Shown: positions 12,800-25,924 of the stretch, piece after piece
Layout: the number at the start of each line of letters is the position of its first letter
How positions within the stretch are numbered: the first letter of the stretch is position 1
Assembly (NCBI RefSeq): GCF_036321535.1
Contig: NC_087437.1
Location: 57,600,001-57,664,000 of the forward strand
Source of the DNA: Camelus dromedarius
Taxonomy: Eukaryota
Length of the DNA stretch: 64,000 nucleotides
Direction of reading: 5' to 3'
The notes under the pieces: generated by a model
Told to the model about the DNA's origin: nothing
Databases searched by the model: none
What the model saw: the letters and a program-made list of their open reading frames with translations, nothing else
Position numbers and translations under genes: made by a program

Positions 12800-14380
12800 T
12801 AAGCAAGATACAGTGATAGACACAGCCTCACAATGAGAAGAACTAGACCAAACCCTCTTCCCTAACCTCAGTGTTATACTAGGAGAGTAGTTTTGAAATG
12901 ACCCTTAAAATCTTATTCTATAGGGCCATTGGAGGCTGGAGAGCAGCAACCAAAGTTTTGATAGAAAATGAGGGCTGGCTTCAAAGGAAGAAGATCATGG
13001 AGAAAGAAAGAAAGAGAGAAATGTGCCTGCAGACCGAAATTCCAAACACATGAAGAATTTATTCTAAATTCTAATATAATTTCAATATAATTCTAAAAAT
13101 GACAGCCAACAAAAACAATGATTGAAACATGAATTCATTACAAGAGAAATTAACTTTATGGAAAAGTCTGACAAGTATTATAAGAATGCTCAGAGATAAA
13201 TGAGTTAACGAAATTCTGTAAAAAGAGCCAGATAGTAAAAACAGGAAGAAATCAATCAAGATCAGGTAGACATGGAATGGAAACCATCAGACAACCAAAA
13301 ATTTAAAACACAGTGATCAAAATCACAAAATAGAAGGCACCATTTTTAGAGTAGATAAATATGAACATTTCTAACAAAAGTCATTTAATATCAGCACAAG
13401 AGACTGAAAATTATAATAGAGAAATAAAATGTATATGGGAAGAGTTGAAATTTTCTAGAATTAAAAAAGTATGATTCTTTAGATTAAAAGTGCATTCTGA
13501 AATTCTAACAAGATAAATTAATAAAGATTTACAACTCGACATAACAGTGAATTTGCAGAACATGAAGTATGAAGACAAAAAAAAAATCCTTTAAATTTTC
13601 CATATAGATTACCTACAAAGGAAAGAATATTAAATAGTCAGCAAACTTCTCCCAGTCAACAACAGACCCCAGAAGCCAATGGAATATAATTTTCAAAGTG
13701 CTGGGGGAAATCTAGGTCTACTAAGAACTGTATAACTCTCTAAACTCTAATTCAAGAGTGAACGTGGAAAGAAGGCATTTTCGCAGATACCAGGAAGAAC
13801 GGAGGTCACCATCTACAGACCCACACCCAAAACTCAATGGCACATTTCGTACAGAAGAAAAGTAAACTCAGAGGGACCAAATTTGATACACACAAAAACA
13901 AAACCTACATCCATAGAAATTATTTTAAAGACTGATAAAGTTAACTTTTAGTACAGAATAATAACTAATTGTGCATATGATTTTATTTTAAAGTGTAAAT
14001 AATCCAACTGGTGAGAAGGGTGGTGGTGTTTACCAGGCAAGAAAACATACTAAGGTCTAACAGCTGTTTGAAAGGACAGAAATAAAAAATATGTTTTATT
14101 ATTTAGCAAGTTGTATACTTACGCATGTATGTTAAGAAAACTGTAAATGACTAAAGGACTAGAATTATAACCTATATTTATAAACTAGCAGAAGAATAAA
14201 GATAGAAGAACAAAATGTTTCAATAATGAAAGAAAATAAAAAAGAAAATAGAAGCAATAAAAAACACAAACAACAGTGGTACAAACAAATCGAGAAGCAT
14301 CAACAATCTCAACGGCGGCTTATAGATTAAACTCACATATTAAAACAAAGATTTTCGGAATGCATCCTGAAACTTTAGCT
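12800..14380 (+). mobile_element. Very old L1/HAL1-like ORF1 region
   Basis: gattacctacaaaggaaag...aacttctc...cagaagccaatggaatataattttcaaagtgctg is a decayed L1 ORF1 C-terminal motif in an A-rich context. Confidence 0.7.
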
Positions 14381-14966
14381 CTCTGCTACCTGTCACTTCA
14401 TCTTTACTACTCTCTTCTTTTGTAAGGGCGGGAAGTGGATCAGAAGTAACAAAAGAATTAATTCTTGGCTAAAGTATGAATTCAGGTACCATTTGTGAAT
14501 TTCTCTTAGGGTCTAATATTGCTTCTTTAGGATCTCTGGGGCTTGCCCTCAGAGACATACCACGGGAACTCCCATCCTCACCATAAATTCCAAGTATGGC
14601 CTTTATTCGTGTGCTCAGCTACACTGTTTAACATGAAGTAGGCAACTGCTTTTCAAATAACTTCAAGCCTTTATGTGTCCTAAAAGCACCTCAAGAAAGC
14701 CTGTAGCAGCTTGTTCTGAATTCACCGCAAGGCTACCAGCCACGCTCCTGCTCTCTTGCTGAGACATGCCACACAGACAAGCCGTAAGACAAGGACAATG
14801 AAGTCTTGATACCCAATTCTCTTTCAGGTCTGCCTCTCCCAGTATTGCCCCCACATTTAGTCCTATAACAAAATCTTCAGGTCTATGCTTACTGTTTAAA
14901 ACTAAAACCCAGCATTTCCTAGTTGTTAGTCCTATCCAGAAAGAGAGTGATTCTGAATAGGGACCC

Positions 14967-15219
14967 CAATGATCTAGGTCATTGACGCCAGGCTTATAAT
15001 TAAGAAAAATTGTTCCAGTAGCCTCACAGTACCATACAGGGAAAAGCGTTGCAATTCGCGGTATGATGCAAATTTAAGCGAGAGGAAGACTGAAACTCTA
15101 GGTACCCAAAGCAGGTAACGCAATAGGTGATTGTTGGCTTTACTAAGGCGTTAGCGCCTTTACAAAAAAGCGCCTACAGTACAATTCTCTAGTCAAGAGA
15201 GGTCCTTAAAACCTCTCTT
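14967..15219. promoter_or_regulatory. Candidate CpG-retaining regulatory element
   Basis: 9 CpGs in about 190 bp, octamer ATGCAAAT, bZIP-like sites and three short inverted repeats. Function is inferred only. Confidence 0.35.
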
Positions 15220-16936
15220 ATGAGCTCAAGCCCCCAGTATCTTAAGCCTAGTTCTGAGTAAGAAAGAAAGACCGCATCTCTAAAAAGGCTGACAGATAGG
15301 AAGTTCAGTTATGTCATGCTAAACATCCAGGCTCCTCTGCCAGAAACTTGGGGATTGCACCCAATATGAGTGACCCCTCCTGGTCCCCATCCCTTTCAAA
15401 CACACACACACATACACACACACACGCTCACCCCAACACAACTGCCTCCTGCTACAATACTGTCAGACTCTCTGTGTTTTTCTTCTTCCCAGACCTTTGG
15501 AAATGAGTTCTTGTTCAAAAATTTGAACTGTGCTGTTTTTGTGGAATTATGACCTTTTAAGTAAATATAAAAATGAATAATGAACTTATAAATATAGTCT
15601 ACCTTTAGCTGTCTGATGACTGATTAAATTCTTAAATCAACACTATCCTAAGATCACCTAAATGTGTTAGCTTGTATTACATTGAAAAAAAAATTTTTTT
15701 TAATTTTAACTAACTAGAATTAATCAAAACAATACCTGTTATCTTTCTTCTTCTTTTTTTTGATTCTCAATTTAAAATACAGGCTCCCAATAACTGAATA
15801 TTAAGAACTGTTCGAATTTTGACACATTAAGAATGAAAGCCCATTGTTTTGACCCAAAATGTATCCATATTTAAGTATTATTTTGAGTAGAACCATTGAA
15901 AAAATGTGTATGCACACATCTGGTATATAAATGCATATTCAGATATGAATATGTTCAGGAGTAAAATATCAACTTTAAGAATTCTAATATGAATGACTGG
16001 TGTACTACTAATAAGCAAGCAGTGTACCAGAGATTCATTTAATTGAATGTGGAAAAAGTTTAATAAAAGCTATACAATAATTAATTGAGAATCTAGTAGG
16101 CATAAGTGAACTTCCTGAATAACCTTGTCTTGTTTACTGAGATCATAGAAAGGGTGGAAATCTGTAATCATGATTTTCAAGAATATTTCTTCATGAACTA
16201 CGAAGAGGTAATCCCCTTAGGGCAGAAAAGGAATTTTATATACAAGATACAGTGCAGCTGCATTCTCTTAATGCATAAACTATTATCTTGAGAGTGAGAC
16301 TGTTAACTACTTTAAAATACATCAGGGCTCATAATATAGCCACTGAAGCTGCCTAATTTTGTCAGTTTTAGATTTAAAAGAGATGTTAGACAACATGGGG
16401 TCCAACACCCTCATTTTAAAGGTCCAGACATTCAGTCAAAGAGAGGAGGTGACTTTCCCAAAGGAAAATTGTCGCTGAAATGCAAATAAAACTCAAATAT
16501 CCCAGCCCCGATTCCTAAGTTCATTCTATCAACTCACATTGACTTTGAAGTGACCAGTTATCTCGGGAATCTGACATATTATGCACTACACAGTTTTATT
16601 AAATACAAACAAAAACACAATCTATTCTGAAATTTTTTTCACCACAATAAGTCAGAGAAGACTCCCAGACAAATTTGAGAATTTAGCTTCTTAAACCATC
16701 CTTTGTGCTTTAAGGAGAACTAGCAGGAGAAAGGAAAAGTTTCTTACCCATTGAATTAAACAGACAGGTAAAATACAAAAGACAGCTTATCCTTTAGACG
16801 TGGAGGTGAGACAAAGAGAATTTACACTGCACAAAGAGTCTCTATTTCTTAACGAGGTATGATCTTTAACATTGTACATTATAAAACCCTCATAATAATC
16901 CTGACATACTGGGTCAGGAAATACAAAATGACTTCA

Positions 16937-17167
<231 letters not shown>

Positions 17168-18249
17168 TCAACAACCTTTTGAATAAATCATCTTGCTTCT
17201 TAAGATGACTCTTCTGAGGATTAAAATCTATGAATTGAAAGTAGCAGAAAAAGAGAGAGACAGAGAAGATCTCTAAGAGTGAGGAGAACTGGCCTCTCAT
17301 CTCTGCACCATAGTTACTTACCCATGTGACTTTCAGGTAAATCACATCAACACATTTGCAATAAAGGGACTAGATCATCAGGTCTCTGCGGCCCCCACAT
17401 GGATCTGAGAGCCCAGGACCTCTGCTCTACAAAACGAACATGCATTCACACAGTGTAAGATGACTTTTTTTTTTAAAAACAAACAAATAATTTGAGCCAA
17501 AAAAACTCTCAACCATAGAAATGTGTTTGTAGTCATAAATAATAATAAAATATGATCTTTATAACATTCACTGTGGCTTGTTGTTTTCAGTCTTTTCCTT
17601 GTGGTCCTGAACACTGTCTTGAGCACACAAGTTGATTACAAAAACCACTGACTCGTTCCTAACCACACTAATGGCCAGAGAACAGTTCTCTTTATATTTC
17701 AATTTTTACATGCAAATGTAGATAGATAAATAGATGGATCAATGATTGATAGACAGCTTAAGCTCTAATGGACATATTTTATATCTTGGGAAATACATAC
17801 ATATATTTGTATATTTATGCACAAAACCATTAAAAATCAACTTCATAAATTTAACTCAGTATCCCAAGATGAAATGTGAACACACTTTAAGTATTTGGGT
17901 TGTCCATGACTGAAAACATACAACAGTCTATTTGTCTACTCAGAGAAGGTATTCAAATACCAGAAGATAAATAAGATTATTACAGTATTTGGTTTTAGTC
18001 ATTTGATAGTTGTAAAGGATCAAGCTTTAGACCACAGGTTTAATATAGCATGATTCAATTCCTAGATGTTTGACATTGGACCCATCTCTTTGCTTCTTAG
18101 AACCTTTTTCTTCTTTTGTCATGAAAGTTGAGACTAGATCTTAGCAAATGCTTGAGAATTAATAGCCGGATCAATCTGAATGTATACTAGTTTTTGTCCC
18201 TTCTATGTTCTTACCACTGTCTTTATGCTACCAAAATAACTTAAGTAGT

Positions 18250-18680
18250 ACAAGACCTTAAAGTCTAGTTGGGGAGAGAAACCTAAGACATATGGAATAA
18301 TCTGATACAGTGTATAATGCATTTCTATAATTAAACATAATATATGCATTCTATATATATTCTCTATGTTACAGGAGTTCAGGAAAATGGAAGATCTGTC
18401 TGGCCTGAAGTATTCAAGAAATGCATCATATGAGAAGATGAGACCCAAGGTGACACTTAAAAAGAGGACAGAAATTAAGTAAGCTAAGATCAGAAACACT
18501 TCAGTGGGACAGGAAGCAATGTATGTGTACAGGAAGGAACTGGGAGATTGTAGGATTTGATACATAATGGGGAGAAATGGGAAAGAACACCATGTAGATA
18601 AGTAGCGATAAATAACTGAGAGTCTGTCACTCTAATCTTAGAGATCTAGACTTTACCAAATGGGCAACAAGATGTGTGTC
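18250..18680 (-). mobile_element. L2 fragment
   Basis: gaccttaaagtctagttggggagag, tattcaagaaatgcatcatatgagaagatgagacc. Confidence 0.55.
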
Positions 18681-19339
18681 ATACACAGATTCAAGCAGCA
18701 ACACAGATTACAAAAAAGTGGGAGAGAGATGCAGACAACGTAGTTTCTAAACTCACCACTCAGAAGCTATGTGGCTTTGCACCATTCATGTAACCTCTCT
18801 GCTTTATTTTTCCTATCTATAAAATGAACATGATAATTCTTAACTGCACAGAATTGACAGAAGAATTAAATGTATTATCATGTTCTGAAAGGTGTTTCAT
18901 AAACAGAGGTATGTTCTCTCTCTCTAAGAGATGTTTGTCATTAATATATGATTCTTCTGTTTTATAGGTAACGTTACCATAGGGTCTGATACTAACATAT
19001 CACCCCACTAATATCTATTGAGTTTATATTCAGAAAATTGCTTTGTAATTTAAAATTAATACTTTATCTTTGTGCAACACAAGATAATGTGGATAAATTC
19101 ATCATTGCATTTGACCCTCAACCACAAAAATTATGTAGAATTTAGGACAGAATGATTATCCTAATATTTTGAGCACAAACAGGTTCAGAGAGGTAACCCA
19201 GGTGGAAATGCAACTGAACAAAGATTTTTTCTGGCTCTCTAATGTGGTTATCTACCCAAAATATCCTATTTCCGCCTCTGTCCCTTTTAAGTTTAATTTC
19301 ACCTAATATCCATCCTCACCTTCTTGGAAAGTAATAGAC

Positions 19340-19728
19340 ACTTTGTCTACGTTCCCCTACATATCCTGTAAACCAACTGTGGCTATGGACTCAGTACTGG
19401 CGAGTGAGATGCAGGCAGAAAGGTCTTTGTACTCGTGAAGATCCCTCCCTTAAAAACAACTTATAGTTGTCCTTTGCCCTCTTACCCTTTGCCTTATAGC
19501 TGTTTAGATGGGGATGGGGGTGGGGTGTCCAGATCACCTCAGGCCATGAAAACAAGAGCCACTCTTGAGGGAGTGGTGGCAGGCAAGGACTTGGGTCCCT
19601 GAGGACTTCGTAGAGCAATAGCAGGAGTCCAACTTTCAATTACCCAGGTCTAGCTTTTATGTGAGAAAAATAAGTTCTTGTTATTTTGGCCTCTGCCACA
19701 CAGAGCCAGCCTGAATCCTAACTGATAG
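19340..19728 (+). mobile_element. MaLR solo LTR (MLT1J-like)
   Basis: gtgagatgcaggcagaa, cttgggtccctgaggac, ttatgtgagaaaaataag and the end motif tcctaactgata. Confidence 0.75.
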
Positions 19729-20279
19729 AGATTGTTAATGAAAGCAGAATTAACCAAATGTAAGGTACAAACTACATGTAAGGTACTTAGATATTGCAAA
19801 ATAAATGCAACCACTGGAAGGTATCAAGTTCAATGATGGTTCTTATGAGAAAGAGAAATGAAACCCCAAATTGTGCGTAACGTCTTTCGATAGTAAAGAT
19901 TTCCCAGGACAAATGCTAAGAACATTGGTTCATTTAGCTAAAATAGGAGTCTAAAAAAAGCAACTATAAAGCTTTTCCTATCTGAGGGGAGTGAGAAAAC
20001 TACTAAAGTTAGGTAGGGACAAAAACAAGAAACCTGTGTGAAAGTTTTATATGAACCATAAGGTGATAATGGCTTTTAGATGGTATGCTTTGGGAGACTT
20101 AGCAAGTCTATTTTAAAAAAAAATCAGTAAACAATTTGGAACGAGAGTTTTTAGTGGTAAAAGCTAAAAGCTATTCTCTTTGGGAGGGTTTGAATCTGCC
20201 CCTACAATCTTAAAAACTGGCAAATGACTTACCCTTATGTATAATTTATCTTCAGCATAGCACACTGGCTCTAGCTCAC

Positions 20280-20905
20280 ATGAGCCTTTTCTTACTCAGT
20301 GAGATTCCTCCTGAATCTCCAGTTTTCCTCTCCATCCTCAAAGCCACTGTCCCAATTCATAGTAAGTGGGTCACGCCATTCTTCCAAGTCCCAAGCACCT
20401 ATTCCTTCCATTTCCCTGCTTTAGTCCCCTGCGTAATTCCTCTAGTGAATACTCATTGTCTACAAGATGGATCCAAAGTATTTACTCTGACTCTCAACAC
20501 TCTTTATAACCTAGATCGAAGCCACGCTACAAGTTTATCACCTGTCATTCATCCCATTCATCATAAGCAGCTTCACAGAGTTTTCTGCCATTTCCTAGGT
20601 TCCCCCCTTGATTTCCACTAGGCTGGGTTTTTTTTTTCTTTCTTTTTTCTTCTCTTTTTGGGAAGCCTGTCTTTTCTATTTAACCACATCATAAGTCTTA
20701 CTCTAACCCTTCAGAGATAGTTGTTTCCTTTTCCATAGTTGTTTATTTCATGGATATATCCCTGTTTAATGGCATTTGGAACAGAGTACAATAGTTATTT
20801 GTTTACACACCTGTCTCCATCCTTAAAATGCAAGACTCTTGAGTGTCTCTGCAACGTCTCCAGTTCTATGTACATATCTTGTATTTAATAAATGTTATTG
20901 ATTAT
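20280..20905 (+). mobile_element. L2 fragment
   Basis: Pyrimidine-rich L2 body ending with ttaataaatgttattga. Confidence 0.6.
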
Positions 20906-21691
20906 AAGCATCATGAAAAGACATGACCCAAAAAATTATTTCTAGAATCTTAGGTTTTCTTATTGGAATAAAAGTGTTTTTTAAGATAAAAAAAGAAATT
21001 AAAAACTTAAAGCATCTCAGCCAAATATTCAAGGTTATATATATAAAAATAGACACAGCATACATTTCTGCTACATGGCACTACTCACATTAATATACTT
21101 ACTTACTGCTTCTAGTAATTTGATCTTCCTCTTCCTACCTTTTAACCTTGTGTTTTTGCTTTCTACACAGTCTCTGCTGGGAATGTCATTCCCCACATCT
21201 TCATACTGAATCCCCTGCTGTGCTTGAAATGATACACCAAAGATCAAGTGCTTCTCTCTCACTTCTCAGCTGTCCTGGCCCTAGATCCAGACTATATTTA
21301 ATCACAATTTTTAATTTTCTTCCTTAAAAATGTATTTTGTTTCCCAACCACAACTAGTTCATAAGCTTTCCAAAGTAAGGATCACGTCTAAATCACACTT
21401 GTATAATATGGGAAAAAGGAGTGAATGGGGGGAGGAAGAGAGAAAGAGACAGAAACACAGAGAGAAAGAGAAAAGGAGATAGATAATAAATAAGCAGGGC
21501 AATATCTATTCTGCTTCTATTAAAGATCCCAGTAAACATTCACTGACTAAAGACAAATAAGAGCGCAAACATCTAATGTGACATTTGAGCATTTCAATCT
21601 CATCCTTTCCAAATAGAGTGTCTCATTCTAAACTTTATGTAAATCTGACTCTTATATTTTGAAAAATGAAACAATGAAGTGGAAATGGTTA

Positions 21692-23175
21692 TTGTAAAAA
21701 AGATAATAAAGGGAAAGTGTAGTTTATTGAACAAATGGTGTTAGGAAAACTGGATATCCATATCTAAAAGGATGAAATTGGACCCTTATTATATATCACA
21801 CACAAAAGTCAACTCAAAATGGATTATAGATCTAAACATAACACCTGAAACTGTAAAAGTGCTGGAAGAAAACATAGGGGAAAAGCTTCGTGACATTGAT
21901 TTTGGCAGTGATTTCTTGAGTATGACACCAGAAGCTCAGGCAACAAAAGCAAAAATAGACAAGTAGGACTACATCAAACTTAAAAGCTTTGGTGCAGCAA
22001 AGGAAGCAATCAACAGAATGAAAAGGCAACCTAAGGAATGGGAGAAAATATCTGCAAACCATGCATCTGATAAAGAGTTAATATCCTAAATACTTAAGTA
22101 CAACTCAATAGCAAAAAAAAAAAAAAAAAAAAAAAGCAGAAATATCCATGGGCTAAAGACTTGACTAAGACATTTCTCCAAAGATTATATACAAACAATG
22201 AATAGGCACATGGAAAATGCTCAACATCACTAATTATCAGGGAAATACAAATCAAAACCACAACGAGATTATCACCAGTTAGAATGACTACTATCCAAAA
22301 AAAAAGAAAAAAATAGAATATAGCAAGTGTTAATGAAGATATGGAGAAATTGGAAACTTTGTGCACTGTTGGTAGGGATGTAAATTGGTGAGGCTATTAT
22401 GAAAAGAGTATGGAGATCTTCAAAAAATTAGATCTAGAACCACTACATGATCTAGTAATCTCACTCCTGGGATATAGCCAAAAGAACTGAAGTCAGGATC
22501 TGGGGGCTATGTCTGCCCTCCTATGTTCACTGCAGCATTATTCACAATCGCCAAAACATGGAAACAACTTAAGTGTCCATGGATGGATGAGTAGATAAAG
22601 AAAATGTGATATAAACATATAATGGAATATTAGTTAGCATTGAAAGGAAGGGAATCCTGTCATATGCAACAACATAGATAAACCTGGAGGCCACCATACT
22701 AAGTGAAATATGCCACTCCGGGAAAAACAAATATTGCAGTATCCCAATGATAAAAAGCATCTAAAATAATCAAATTCATGAAATTGGAGAGTAGAAAGGC
22801 AGCTATCGGGAACTAAAGGGAGGGAGAAATGGGTAGCTGTTGCTCAATAGTTATAAAGTTTCAACTAGGCAAGACAAATAAGTTCTAGAAATTTGCTATA
22901 CAACACAGTACCTAGAGTTACCAATACTATACTACGCACTTAAAAAATTTGTTTAGAGAGTAGATCTCATGTTAAGTGTTCTTACAAGAAAAAAAAAAAA
23001 AGCAGGGGAACATGAGAAAGGTTTTGGAATTAATGGCTATGTTTATAACCTTGATTGTAGTGATGGTTTCATAAGTGTATGCATATGTCGAAACTTATCA
23101 ATTGTATATATTAAATAATCAGGGATCTTTTGGTATATCAATTATACTTCAATAGAGCTATTTTTAAATAGAGAA
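21692..23175 (+). mobile_element. L1 3' ~1.5 kb (L1MA-like)
   Basis: ORF 21772-21966 MKLDPYYISHTKVNSKWIIDLNITPETVKVLEENIGEKL is L1 ORF2p-like and is followed by a full 3' UTR. Candidate TSD GGAAATGGTTA at 21681-21691 and 23176-23186. Confidence 0.92.
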
Positions 23176-23199
23176 GGAAATGGTTAAAAAAGGAACTAG

Positions 23200-23912
23200 T
23201 AGACGAACTGCATTGATACATCCAAGTCTCCACTTCTCCCTGTATCTATGTGCTCTGCCATATAAATGTGCGATGCTCTGGAAGGACATTCTGCCCTATC
23301 CCTTACAACTGTGCTCAGCCATGTGACTTCTATTGGCCAATAGGCTGTTAGCAGACGCAAGCAGATTCAACAAAGGGCTCATGTAGGCCAGTTTGTGCAT
23401 TTCCCCTCTGCCACTGCATTGAGAGGAACATGCACAGACCAACCCGCTGGTCCCAGGTAAAGGATGGAAGATGACTAGAGCATAACAGAGCTGCCTCAGG
23501 AGTCCATGTCTTAAAATTTATCATGTACTTAACAAAAAGACATACATCAGTTATCATAGGTACAGTTCTAGTCAAAGGTTTAATTCTCATAAAAACCAAT
23601 AAAGTAGGCACTGTCAGGGCCACTGATGAGGATTATGAGGTACAGAGGGTTTAAGCTCCTCAGTGGAAGATTCAGATGTCAAACTCAGGTAGTCTGGATC
23701 TGGAGTCCAAAATTTAATCACATGAGCAACTGATTCTTACTTCCTCTTGATATAAGGAAAATAGCACTTCTAGATTAACCAGTGGATAGTTAACCCCCAG
23801 ATCTGTAACCCAGACAAGATCAGACCCCAAACACCAGAGACATCAACATTACTCCCGCATGCAAATGAGGCTATGTGATTGTTGGATACACAGCATTATT
23901 GTAGTAACATAT
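23200..23912 (+). mobile_element. MaLR LTR (MLT1H/I-like) interrupted by a MIR-like segment (about 23560-23720)
   Basis: cagccatgtgacttctattggccaatagg, ccactgcattgagaggaacatgc and the end cacagcattattgtagtaa. Confidence 0.65.
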
Positions 23913-23979
23913 AAATGAGTAGCAAAAGTTATTTACTGGGGGAGCTGGGTGGTGGCATTTGAAATGCCCTGAAATCTTA

Positions 23980-24440
23980 CACCCAAAAAATTCTCAAATT
24001 TGGTAACAATCCTCAACATGTACATAAAATGAGCAATTAAAAGCTATGAAGCTAAACTTCTGTAAGTTAAAAATAATAATAAAGGATCAATTTTGATTCA
24101 TCATGCTACAGGAAAAGATTGAATTATTTTTCTACAAGTAATATAAAAGTGTTCTATGAAAAGACGATCAAAGATTATACATACAAAATAATGGAAAATA
24201 AATGTACAGACTTGTACCCATCAAATAACTAATTAAAGTATTTTATTATTTCCTCGGACTTTATCTCTTTTGTGATAGGTTTCAGCTCTTTAAAATGTAA
24301 TCTTTTGTGATTAATTTTCTCACCTTACTCATTTTTGTACCTAAATTTCATTTCACTATCCTATATTTATTTATTTTTTCAAAGGAGGGGGGGCCCAAAA
24401 TATATAAGTTTTAAGACCTACAAAACTTAAATCAGTGTCA
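23980..24440 (+). mobile_element. hAT-Tip100 (Zaphod-like) DNA transposon 3' remnant
   Basis: From 23991 it translates FSNLVTILNMYIK*AIKSYEA, then after a frameshift NFCKLKIIIKDQF*FIMLQEKIEL, a decayed hAT C-terminal dimerisation motif. The terminus gggcccaaaatatataagttttaagacctacaaaac resembles Zaphod. Confidence 0.7.
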
Positions 24441-25242
24441 GGTTGAAGTTTAAGTGGAAGTAGAGAATGAAAGAAAAGTAACTCATGAGAAAGGAAAAAC
24501 TAAAGAGATTATATTCCTTGAATGTCTACTTTATTTTCAGGCATCTGAGAAAAGGCTAGCTATTTTGACATGCAGAATGTTGCTTAAAGAAAAAAACTAA
24601 ATACTTGACTACCTGACTTTATTTCAAGATATAAGGAGTTCTAATTGGGGGCAGGGCAGGGGAACAAAGTAAATAAATAAAAGGAATGAACAGTGCCATC
24701 CAAAACTTTGGGGTGAGATTCCACAACCTTAGTTAGCTAACTCGCACATAGTTCCTCATAAATATCTCTGTGATGTCCTTGATTCAAACGTCATTTATTC
24801 TTTCCATAAATATTTGTTGAGCACTTAGTATAGGCCCCATGCTGTACTTAGACTAGGAAAATAGTGACACATCCAACAGATGTGGTCCCTGAGGAATACA
24901 CCTTCATCCGTGAGTCTCTCTGAGGCTCTCACTCTTCTGTGGGCAAGTTGAAGGCACAGGAAATTTTATTATCACCCTCAATGCCTAGCACAGCCTCTTG
25001 GTCTTAGAAGCCACTATTCAATATTTGCCAAATAGATAAATGAATCAGCAGTGGTTCCTCTTTAAGTCTGCTTATTCATAGCTTTTCTAGGTCATATTTC
25101 CATAATTAATCAAGTAAGAAAAAAAATCACAGATAATATTTACCACACATAGAATATATTCAAATATGGAATCTAAAAGGAAACCCAGAAAGCCTATGTG
25201 ATTCAAAGTTTGAGAGGGTAGAGCATAGGGTGCATGGGGCTG

Positions 25243-25314
25243 GTGTGTGTGTGTGTGTGTGTGTGGATGTGTGTGTGTGTGCACGTCTGTGTGTGTGTGT
25301 ATGTGTCTGTGTGT

Positions 25315-25372
<58 letters not shown>
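25243..25372. repeat. Compound (GT)n microsatellite, 130 bp, with a pure (GT)26 run at 25321-25372
   Basis: Read directly from the sequence. Confidence 0.98.
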
Positions 25373-25374
<2 letters not shown>

Positions 25375-25505
25375 GGTGATGCAGGTTTTGGAGAAAATGA
25401 AGAGGAAGAAGAGAGTCTGGGGAATCTTTTACAACCAAGATACCAGACATCTTGTACAATTATATTGGACTGGAAAAAAGAACTGTGTAAGAGTGCTATG
25501 TCCTT

Positions 25506-25924
25506 TTTTATTTTAATTTTGGGGACAGCTCTGTGAGCTAGGTCTTGTTCTTTTCATTTCCTATTGAAATATAGTTGGTATAAAATATTACATAAGTTAT
25601 AGGCATATAACATAGTGATTCAAAATTTTTAACAATTATATTCTTTTTATACTTACTACAAAATACTGGCTATATTCTCTATGTTGTACAATACATCCTT
25701 GTAGCTTATTTATTTTATACATAAAAGTTTGTGCCTCTTAATCCCCTACTCCTATCTTGCCCCTCCCCCTACCCTCTCCCCACTGGTAACCACCAGTTTG
25801 TTCTCTCTATCTGTAACTACAGTCTGTTCCTTTTTTGTTATAGTCTCTAGTTTGTTTTATTTTTTAGATGCCACATACAAGTAAAATACAATCTTTATCT
25901 TTCTCTGTCTGCTAAGTGAAATAA
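25506..25924 (-). mobile_element. 5'-truncated, 5'-inverted L1 tail with probable 3' transduction
   Basis: Antisense L1 3' UTR at about 25555-25911, inverted piece at 25911-25924. TSD taaRagtgctatgtYctt at 25488-25505 and 25922-25939. Confidence 0.85.

Noticed and set aside
15049..15068. TTGCAA...TATGAT as a bacterial -35/-10 promoter or foreign insert
   Set aside because: The spacing is only about 7 bp rather than about 17, there is no downstream ORF, and the context is eukaryotic.
19508..19527. G-rich run as a G-quadruplex
   Set aside because: Only three G-tracts, and it lies inside an MLT1 LTR.
21772..22090. L1 ORF2-like peptide as an active retrotransposon
   Set aside because: 5'-truncated with stops and frameshifts. 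No full-length L1 is present in the window.
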